From NCBI GenBank assembly GCA_964016885.1, contig CAXHJY010001738.1:62001-126000 (forward strand): DNA of 64,000 nucleotides, written 5' to 3'. Every line of letters starts with the position of its first letter. Position 1 is the stretch's first letter. Shown here piece after piece: positions 1 to 9,267 of the stretch. Below the pieces are notes generated by a model. It ran no database searches, was not told where the DNA came from, and was given only the letters and a program-made list of their open reading frames with translations. Both the position numbers and the translations under genes were made by a program. This DNA comes from Eledone cirrhosa. Taxonomy: Eukaryota.

Positions 1-1260
1 TTTTCACCTGGTTGAGATGCTGTCACATGCTAGCAGCTCACAGAGCTTAATCCACTGGATTCAAACAGGCACCGCAACACGAGAATACATTGCAGCTGAA
101 CTCAAACAGCTTCGCATCTCGTTGCACACTGATCGTCCATGACGGCCATCGGTCTTGTTGTTTTTGCCCGACTCGCTGGGAAAGCAACAAATTGAACTGG
201 ACTTGTCAATATTTCAGCCACTTCTGTGGATTCGCCCGAATTATGGAATTTACACTGCAACCCACCTACAGATTAAACTTGCCTTTTGTTCTTTACAAAG
301 CAACCAGCCATTTTTTCCTGGCTCCACAGAACATCCGACAATACATCTGGGGGCCATCATTTTCTCGCCAGCACTGGTAAACTACCATAATAGCTTCGTT
401 CACAGCTACTGGTACAACGCTTACCATTAACATTTAATGCAAGAACAGCAACTTCGCCCATGTCAGACTTTATCCGTTTTTTGTTAGACCTTTGGCGGTC
501 ACGTATAAACAACAAAACAACTGGTCATTTGACACAGCGGCTCAACACGGCCCGTAGCGCCTAATTTTTTGTTCTTGCATGCAACCTTCTGCTCAATTAT
601 TTTTTCACTGATGTGCACTTTCAGCATTTGTTCTTGCTGATTTAATAATATGTGGGTCCTTGGTTTCTTCGTTATCGATTTTCGGCTGAAAATCTGGTTG
701 GAGGTGATGTAGTGACCTACATTCCGCGGGCTCACATACATTCTCTGTGCGTGATTTGGCTCAGTTCAGCCAATCAGCGCCAGTAGAAGAGGATGTATCC
801 CTACGCGCCCTGAGGAAGAAATTCACCGCGAAGATTTGAAGAATCTCGCTCTTGTACCAGAAACTTCGAGCCAGCAACACGCATAATGTAACAGTGAGAT
901 ATTGCACCACTAGCCTCGCCGGCTTAACGGCGCAATGGCACATTCCATTTTGTAACCTCTTTGTATCTGTAACTTCAACCATATAAATAAACAAACATTT
1001 CATCTCTAATTACTGCGGTTGAAGTCGTTGTTATGTTACTGGTGTCTCAATAACATCTTTAATCCATGCTGCTGGAATTGGCGACCTGACGAAAGGAATA
1101 TTGTAAATAGATGGTAAATAGATCGAGGGACCTTCCCTCACGTCTATGTCAACAAGATAATCCAACGAGGATACTATCACTTACCACACTGGCAACTAAC
1201 GACCACTGATTCTACCACCCTGCTAAAGTGGCGATAACATCTATAACCAATAACTGCTAA

Positions 1261-1698
1261 ACCAAATTACCTAGCACAAACCCACAACCAACTGTCAAAA
1301 AATGTGGTCGCTCTAATTGTGGAACCTGCACTCACCTCATTGAAGGCAACACGTATACATTTAAATCAGGACAAAATTTTGGTGTAAAAAATCACTTCAC
1401 TTGCTCATCAAAAAATCTAATTTATGCCATTAAATGTAAAGGATGCAATGAAGATTATATAGGACAAACTAAACTCACACTTAGAAACAGGATGACGGTT
1501 CATCGCCAACAATTACGAGATCCAACCACGAGACAGATACCACTAAGCGCATATCTAGATATTTGCGCAAGTAATAAGACACCCAAATTCCAAGTCTTCC
1601 AATTTTACCTTTGCGCTGACAATACAACAGAACAAATATGAATAAATAAGGAAAATATGTTTATTCAAAAATATAGACCAGCAATAAATATGGTTTAA
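1261..1698 (+). pseudogene. C-terminal Zn-finger + GIY-YIG endonuclease remnant of a Penelope-like element (Neptune-like linker)
   Basis: Manual translation gives KKCGRSNCGTC...FTCSSKNLIYAIKCKGCNEDYIGQTKLTLRNRMTVH...KENMFIQKYRPAIN; premature TGA at 1639-1641; no RT upstream. Confidence 0.8.
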
Positions 1699-2171
1699 TA
1701 TACATTATGTCAACACCATAACATGCTAACCACCCAAACAGACACATACACACACACACATAACACCTACTTTAGAAAATAAAAACCCGAACTAAATAAA
1801 CCTTAACATAAGTTTGCACTGACAATACAACAGAACAAATACGAATAAATAGGGAAAATATATTCATTCAAAAATATTTCTACTAACGGAATCATTTTCC
1901 TACACACACACACACACACACAATATATATATTCTCTTCATCTTAACATGCTAACCATACTCCCACACACACCACATAAGACCCCCCCCCCCCACACACA
2001 CACAACTCCCTCCCCCATTTCTACTAATAGAATCACTTTCCTACACACATACACACACACAAAATATATATTCTCTCCATCTTAACATACCCCCGCCCCT
2101 ACACACACATAACACCCATATACAAACACACACAACTCCCTCCCCCATTTCTACTAATAGAATCATCTTCC

Positions 2172-2202
<31 letters not shown>

Positions 2203-2968
2203 CAGCACACAAATAAACATACATATCTCTACTTTCTTTATTTCAATAGAAAGTCTGAATTGTGACACCCCACCACACCAGCCATACTCACTGAACCAGA
2301 ACAATTCTCCCCATCCCATTTCTCTTGACCATTATCTTTTGTTGTCATAAAATTCTCTAAAAGGCTACAAAATAAATTCATAGATACGGGCGCGAAATTT
2401 AATGAACTTGTTCACGTGACAATCATAATTTCATTTATAACCAATCAAATCACATTTATTTTAAAAAAAGCCTTCGTGAGCCACTTTTTTTTAAAGTAAA
2501 AAGAAATTCAAATAAACTGACGCGAAAGCTGATGTGCTTATTCACGTGACTGCATCAACCAACCATATATGAAAAAACAACCTGACCCCCCACCCCCTCT
2601 TGTTTGAAGAACTTTGTAACGCGAACTGGCGCGAAATTTATTGTACTTATTGACCAACCAATCAAATTACTTCTCTAAAAACCTGGCGTTTTGAGCCACT
2701 TTTCTCCATATAAAACAAGTAACATTCAAAGACCAACCAGATGTGAGAAAAACCACAGACCCTCCATCTCAACTCTACTTTTGAAAAGCAGAAGAACTGC
2801 GAAACCGGTAAAGGCACCAAATAAATAAATATATTTTTTTTTAAATAAGACTTCAGTTGCATTTTCAATTTCATCTTTTTTTCTTTAAACTTTCTCTCGT
2901 GTAGGACACCTCGGTTATTTTTCATTTTGTAAAGAAAACCTCACTTTCTAATTTTCTAATATATATAT

Positions 2969-3098
<130 letters not shown>

Positions 3099-3256
3099 TG
3101 TGTGTTTGTGTGTGTGTGTTCAAATCGTAAGGTTCCAGATTCGCTAAGGTGAAAAGAATACTAACTATAGACTAGACAATAGGGTTTGCCAGACTCAATT
3201 TAAGAATTAATCAAGAAAATAAGTAGGAACCGGAATTGTGGTAACTACAATTGTCT

Positions 3257-3334
3257 ATTTCGAAAAACGTTGCAACCGAAGGAAGACAGTCGTCTCCCTG
3301 TCTTCCTTCGGCTGCAACGTTTTTCGAAATATTT
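3257..3334. repeat. Near-perfect palindrome (fold-back)
   Basis: tatttcgaaaaacgttgcaaccgaaggaagacag / ctgtcttccttcggctgcaacgtttttcgaaata with 8-nt spacer. Confidence 0.9.
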
Positions 3335-3451
3335 ACTACTGCGTTCACATATTGATTTTTTTAGTTTCAGAAGATCCCGTTGAGGGTGAAGCAGCGATTC
3401 TTTGCTTAAACTTTAATCTGTTATTTTAATAAATAAATATATATATATATA

Positions 3452-3572
3452 CATAAGTTGAAAAAAATGAAAACGAAATTTCATTTCTCACTCTTAGTAT
3501 GGCACTTACTTAAATGTAAGTATGTATGTATACGTACATACATATATGTATACAGACGTACAGTAGCATGCA
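3452..3572 (-). mobile_element. Fragment of ~423-nt hammerhead-bearing non-coding repeat (family E)
   Basis: Nearly identical to 7789-7906; continues at 7457 after the 511-bp array. Confidence 0.75.
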
Positions 3573-3710
3573 TATATATATATATATAAAGCGCTCATAT
3601 ATTCACCTAGCTTACGCTAAACAGAATAATTATGAAGCTTGTTTCTTTCCCCTACGGTTAGCTATACTCTTTGTTGTTCTCCTGTCTCACTCGCTTTACG
3701 CGTTTCAATT

Positions 3711-3811
3711 GTCCTAATAACTTATTTTGTTTATTCTTGCACCGACGTGTGGTATATGATTTTTAATGCAATGAAATATCTATGATCGTCGGCAAATCAT
3801 TGATGAGGGAC
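3711..3811 (+). ncRNA. Rearranged hammerhead ribozyme, array copy 1 (degenerate)
   Basis: Same fold as other copies but core UUGAUGA (C3U without compensation) and k-turn GA changed to GU. Confidence 0.55.
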
Positions 3812-4221
3812 TCATTTTATTGCATGTTATCCATGTGCTACCTGCAGTATTTTTCTCTATATTTTATTACATATATTTACCCAAACTGCGATTCTGTGTT
3901 TTTTTCTCTCTCTCTCTTACTGCTCCCACATTCTCTCTGTTTCTCCTACCTTCTTTCGCCCCCTCTGTCATGTCAGTTAACTCATCCTCACACTTTCACT
4001 TACTCACTGTTTCTCCTCTCTTCATTTCATCCTGTACACCACGAAGGCTATTTTTCTCTCTTCTCACATGGCCATCGTTCGTGCCAGGTTTTTTTTCTAA
4101 AGCGCTCATATATTCACCTAGCTTATGCTAAACAGAATAATTTTGAAGCTTGTTTCTTTCCCCTACGGTTAGCTATACTCTTTGTTGTTCTCCTGTCTCA
4201 CTCGCTTTACGCGTTTCAATT

Positions 4222-4322
4222 GTCCTAATAACTTATTTTGGTTATTATTGCACCGACGTGAGGTATATGATTTTTAATGCAATGAAATATCTATGATCGT
4301 CGGCAAATCACTGATGAGGGAC
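4222..4322 (+). ncRNA. Rearranged (non-circularly permuted) hammerhead ribozyme, array copy 2 (intact)
   Basis: GGUAU-A^UGAUUU ... UGCAAU-GAAA-UAUC ... AAAUCA-CUGAUGA-GGGAC; predicted cleavage after 4267. Confidence 0.75.
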
Positions 4323-4733
4323 TCATTTTATTGCATGTTATCCATGTGCTACCTGCAGTATTTTTCTCTATATTTTATTACATATATTTACCCAAACTGC
4401 GATTCTGTGTTTTTTTCTCTCTCTCTCTTACTGCTCCCACATTCTCTCTGTTTCTCCTACCTTCTTTCGCCCCCTCTGTCATATCAGTTAACTCATCCTC
4501 ACACTTTCACTTACTCACTGTTTCTCCTCTCTTCATTTCATCCTGTACACCACGAAGGTTATTTTTCTCTCTTCTCACATGGCCATCGTTCGTGCCAGGT
4601 TTTTTTTTCTAAAGCGCTCATATATTCACCTAGCTTATGCTAAACAGAATAATTTTGAAGCTTGTTTCTTTCCCCTACGGTTAGCTATACTCTTTGTTGT
4701 TCTCCTGTCTCACTCGCTTTACGCGTTTCAATT

Positions 4734-4834
4734 GTCCTAATAACTTATTTTGTTTATTCTTGCACCGACGTGAGGTATATGATTTTTAATGCAATGAAAT
4801 ATCTATGATCGTCGGCAAATCACTGATGAGGGAC
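4734..4834 (+). ncRNA. Rearranged hammerhead ribozyme, array copy 3 (intact)
   Basis: All core residues and helices present; predicted cleavage after 4779. Confidence 0.75.
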
Positions 4835-5245
4835 TCATTTTATTACATGTTATCCATGTGCTACCTGCAGTATTTTTCTCTATATTTTATTACATATATT
4901 TACCCAAACTGCGATTCTGTGTTTTTTTCTCTCTCTCTCTTACTGCTCCCACATTCTGTCTGTTTCTCCTACCTTCTTTCGCCCCCTCTGTCATGTCAGT
5001 TAACTCATCCTCACACTTTCACTTACTCACTGTTTCTCCTCTCTTCATTTCATCCTGTACACCACGAAGGCTATTTTTCTCTCTTCTCACATGGCCATCG
5101 TTCGTGTCAGGTCTTTTTTTCTAAAGCGCTCATATATTCACCTAGCTTATGCTAAACAGAATAATTTTGAAGCTTGTTTCTTTCCCCTACGGTTAGCTAT
5201 ACTCTTTGTTGTTCTCCTGTCTCACTCGCTTTACGCGTTTCAATT

Positions 5246-5346
5246 GTCCTAATAACTTATTTTGTTTATTATTGCACCGACGTGAGGTATATGATTTTTA
5301 ATGCAATGAAATATCTATGATCGTCGGCAAATCACTGATGAGGGAC
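5246..5346 (+). ncRNA. Rearranged hammerhead ribozyme, array copy 4 (intact)
   Basis: All core residues and helices present; predicted cleavage after 5291. Confidence 0.75.
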
Positions 5347-5756
5347 TCATTTTATTACATGTTATCCATGTGCTACCTGCAGTATTTTTCTCTATATTTT
5401 ATTACTTATATTTACCCAAACTGCGCTTCTGTGTTTTTTTCTCTCTCTCTCTTACTGATCCCCCATTCTCTCTGTTTCTCCTACCTTCTTTCGCCCCCTC
5501 TGTCATGTCAGTTAACTCTTCCTCACACTTTCACTTATTCACTGTTTCTCCTCTCTTCATTTCATCCTGTACACCACGAAGGCTATTTTTCTCTCTTCTC
5601 ACATGGCCATCGTTCGTGTCAGGTCTTTTTTCTAAAGCGCTCATATATTCACCTAGCTTATGCTAAACAGAATAATTTTGAAGCTTGTTTCTTTCCCCTA
5701 CGGTTAGCTATACTCTTTGTTGTTCTCATGTCTCACTCGCTTTACGCGTTTCAATT

Positions 5757-5857
5757 GTCCTAATAACTTATTTTGTTTATTCTTGCACCGACGTGAGGTA
5801 TATGATTTTTAATGCAATGAAATATCTATGATCGTCGGCAAAACACTGATGAGTGAC
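5757..5857 (+). ncRNA. Rearranged hammerhead ribozyme, array copy 5 (helix mismatches)
   Basis: Core intact; stem I AAAACA and closing helix GUGAC mismatched. Confidence 0.6.
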
Positions 5858-6267
5858 TCATTTTATTACATGTTATCCATGTGCTACCTGCAGTATTTTT
5901 CTCTATATTTTATTACATATATTTACCCAAACTGCGATTCTGTGTTTTTTTCTCTCTCTCTCTTACTGCTCCCCCATTCTCTCTGTTTCACCTACTTTCT
6001 TTCGCCCCCTCTGTCATGTCAGTTAACTCTTCCTCACACTTTCACTTACTCACTGTTTCTCCTCTCTTCATTTCATCCTGTACACCACGAAGGCTATTTT
6101 TCTCTCTTCTCACATGGCCATCGTTCGTGTCAGGTCTTTTTTCTAAAGCGCTCATATATTCACCTAGCTTATGCTAAACAGAATAATTCTGAAGCTTGTT
6201 TCTTTCCCCTACGGTTAGCTATATTCTTTGTTGTTCTCCTGTCTCACTCGCTTTACGCGTTTCAATT

Positions 6268-6368
6268 GTCCTAATAACTTATTTTGGTTATTATTGCACC
6301 GACGTGTGGTATATGATTTTTAATGCAATGAAATATCTATGATCGTCGGCAAATCACTGATGAGGGAC
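6268..6368 (+). ncRNA. Rearranged hammerhead ribozyme, array copy 6 (k-turn variant)
   Basis: Core intact; k-turn strand UGU instead of UGA. Confidence 0.65.
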
Positions 6369-6780
6369 TCATTTTATTACATGTTATCCATGTGCTACCT
6401 GCAGTATTTTTCTCTATATTTTATTACATATATTTACCCAAACTGCGATTCTGTGTTTTTTTCTCTCTCTCTCTCTTACTGCTCCCCCATTCTCTCTGTT
6501 TCTCCTACCTTCTTTCGCCCCCTCTGTCATGTCAGTTAACTCTTCCTCACACTTTCACTCACTCACTGTTTCTCCTCTCTTCATTTCATCCCGTACACCA
6601 CGAAGGCTATTTTTCTCTCTTCTCACATGGCCATCGTTCGTGTCAGGTCTTTTTTCTAAAGCGCTCATATATTCACCTAGCTTATGCTAAACAGAATAAT
6701 TCTGAAGCTTGTTTCTTTCCCCTACGGTTAGCTATACTCTTTGTTGTTCTCCTGTCTCACTCGCTTTACGCGTTTCAATT

Positions 6781-6881
6781 GTCCTAATAACTTATTTTGT
6801 TTATTATTGCACCGACGTGAGGTATATGATTTTTAATGCAATGAAATATCTATGATCGTCGGCAAATCACTGATGAGTGAC
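6781..6881 (+). ncRNA. Rearranged hammerhead ribozyme, array copy 7
   Basis: Core intact; closing helix GUGAC variant. Confidence 0.65.
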
Positions 6882-7291
6882 TCATTTTATTACATGTTAT
6901 CCATGTGCTACCTGCAGTATTTTTCTCTATATTTTATTACATATATTTACCCAAACTGCGATTCTGTGTTTTTTTCTCTCTCTCTCTTACTGCTCCCCCA
7001 TTCTCTCTGTTTCTCCTACCTTCTTTCGCCCCCTCTGTCATGTCAGTTAACTCATCCTCACACTTTCACTCACTCACTGTTTCTCCTCTCTTCATTTCAT
7101 CCTGTACACCACGAAGGCTATTTTTCTCTCTTCTCACATGGCCATCGTTCGTGTCAGGTCTTTTTTCTAAAGCGCTCATATATTCACCTAGCTTATGCTA
7201 AACAGAATAATTCTGAAGCTTGTTTCTTTCCCCTACGGTTAGCTATACTCTTTGTTGTTCTCCTGTCTCACTCGCTTTACGCGTTTCAATT

Positions 7292-7392
7292 GTCCTAATA
7301 ACTTATTTTGTTTATTATTGCACCGACGTGAGGTATATGATTTTTAATGCAATGAAATATCTATGATCGTCGGCAAATCACTGATGAGGGAC
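7292..7392 (+). ncRNA. Rearranged hammerhead ribozyme, array copy 8 (intact)
   Basis: All core residues and helices present; predicted cleavage after 7337. Confidence 0.75.
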
Positions 7393-7456
7393 TCATTTTA
7401 TTACATGTTATCCATGTGCTACCTGCAGTATTTTTCTCTATATTTTATTACATATA

Positions 7457-7903
7457 TATATATATATATATACATACAGGTACACATACATATATGCACG
7501 CATCAGTTTAGCGGACGCTTATTATAACGCCGCTTTTTTCGTTTGTCAACAAACTGAACAGCCCGAATTTATGCCATACGGTGTTAAGGCAACCACGTCA
7601 CCTTTTTGTTCAACACTGACACAGGAACGATGTACTAGTTTCAAGCTTGTTAACTATCATCAGCACCGTTTACCCATCTGCCAGATAGTTGAACGTTCGA
7701 AAGTATATACTTTCCTTATGTAAATTAACGGCTGAGCAGCCTAATTTGCATATTGAGTGAGTTAAATCGGTCAGGCATACCGAAAACGATAAGTTGAAAA
7801 AAATGAAAACGAAATTTCATTTCTCACTCTTAGTATGGCACTTTCTTAAATGTAAGTATGTATGTATACGTACATACATATATGTATACAGACGTACAGT
7901 AGC

Positions 7904-7906
<3 letters not shown>
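7457..7906 (-). mobile_element. Family E non-coding hammerhead repeat (one unit)
   Basis: Homologous to 18336-18860 and 57995-58408; contains hammerhead 7626-7670. Confidence 0.8.
7626..7670 (-). ncRNA. Minimal type I hammerhead ribozyme
   Basis: Minus strand AACGGUG-CUGAUGA-UAGUUAACAAGCUU-GAAA-CUAG-UA^CAUCGUU; palindromic stem III. Confidence 0.85.
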
Positions 7907-7949
<43 letters not shown>

Positions 7950-7981
7950 AGATCAAAAGATGGTTAAAGGAGTTCAATATA

Positions 7982-8048
7982 TTTTATTATGCGCATTTCA
8001 AAAACAAACATCATCAAACAATAATATTTGTGTTTTCATCAGATAAAA
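7982..8048 (-). ncRNA. Type I hammerhead ribozyme of the PLE pseudo-LTR
   Basis: UUUUAU-CUGAUGA-(long stem II)-GAAA-UGCGCA-UA^AUAAAA. Confidence 0.85.
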
Positions 8049-9267
8049 CAGGAGAACATGATATGAAGGCTAAAAAAACACTTGTTGATAGTGCGGTTTT
8101 AAATCAACATATGAAAAGTGGTTTTAGATTGATGTGTGATATTGGGAAAAATATTTTATTTAGAGAGGGGGGGAGAGAAAAGGATGAAAAGGGAAGGAGA
8201 TGAGAGGGAGAGATGGGTGATAGAGAGAAAGAGATAGTTTTTATAACAGAGAGGAGATATATATTATATAGAGGGGTTGAAAACCGTTGGAAGATACTGT
8301 ATAAATTAAAAATTTTGAAAATTAACGAAGGGAGGATATGTGCGAGGAAAAAATATATTATATTTAGGGAGGGGTGGGGGTGGAAAGGATGAAAAAAAGG
8401 GGAGGAGATGAGAGTGAAGGTGGAAAGGGAGAGATGGGTGATAGAGAGAAAGAGATAGTTTTTATAACTGAGAAAAAGATATAATGTTTTAATATAGAGA
8501 GGTTGGGAACCGTTGGAAGATAATGTATAAATTAAAGGAATTTGAAAATTAACGAAGGGAAAATATGTATGGAGATAGAGAGAAAAAAATAACGAAGGGA
8601 GATTATGTATGGAGATAGAGAGAAAAAAATAATAATTGTGGGTGAATATTCAAAAGGAGAAATGTAGGAATCTTAAAATTAGCAAAGAGAAAATGTTTAT
8701 GTATAGGATTTGAGAAAAATTTATATTGAATTCATATGTATTAATAATGAGTTTGTTGATGGGGAGAAAAAAATAATAATAATGATAAATTAAGGATGAA
8801 ATTGAGATTAAAAAGATTTATGATAGAGAGAAAAAATAATAATGATTGCGGATGAATACTCAAAATGTCAAAAACAAATGTTATTGTTTTACGAAGAGAT
8901 ATAATGAGGGTGATGAGTAAACGGGTATTATAGAGTGTATAATGCCCTTTAAAGTAAGGTAGATGGGTATATTTTAAAGAATATATGAGTATATATTAAA
9001 AAAATATATATAATAATAAATTAAGGATGAAATTGAGATTAAAAAGATTTATGATAGAGGGAAAAAAATAATAATGATTGCGGATGAATATTCAAAATGT
9101 CAAAAACAAATGTTATTGTTTTACGAGAAGATAGGATGAGGTAAATGAATAAACGAGTACTATAGAGTGTATAATGCCCTTTAAAGTAAGGTAGATGGGT
9201 ATATTTTAAAGAGGTGTATGTATATGTGCCTTTGAGAAAAGATTCTAAATTGATAAAGAATTGAATA

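Larger units (their letters stand above)
3587..7456 (+). repeat. Tandem array of ~7.5 copies of a 511-513-bp non-coding ribozyme-bearing unit (retrozyme-like, family A)
   Basis: Equivalent positions at 3782, 4293, 4805, 5317, 5828, 6339, 6852, 7363; only a few substitutions between units; flanked by (TA)n. Confidence 0.95.

Noticed and set aside
1-1100. Possible decayed LTR-retrotransposon gag remnant and PBS-like TGGCGACC at ~1079
   Set aside because: Only vague motif resemblance, no continuous frame or paired LTR; cannot be supported without a database search
4222-4322. Twister ribozyme or box C/D snoRNA reading of the conserved array motif
   Set aside because: GUCC-UAA is not conserved in the relatives (GUCC-CAA) and there is no guide layout; the hammerhead core with paired stems I and III explains the conservation better
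3782-7298. Repeated 88-148-aa ORFs in the 511-bp array
   Set aside because: Low-complexity F/S/L-rich translations whose frames shift between units with homopolymer length; the conservation pattern fits RNA structure, not protein
3587-7456. CRISPR-like array
   Set aside because: Units are contiguous near-identical repeats with no unique spacers, no cas genes, and a eukaryotic context
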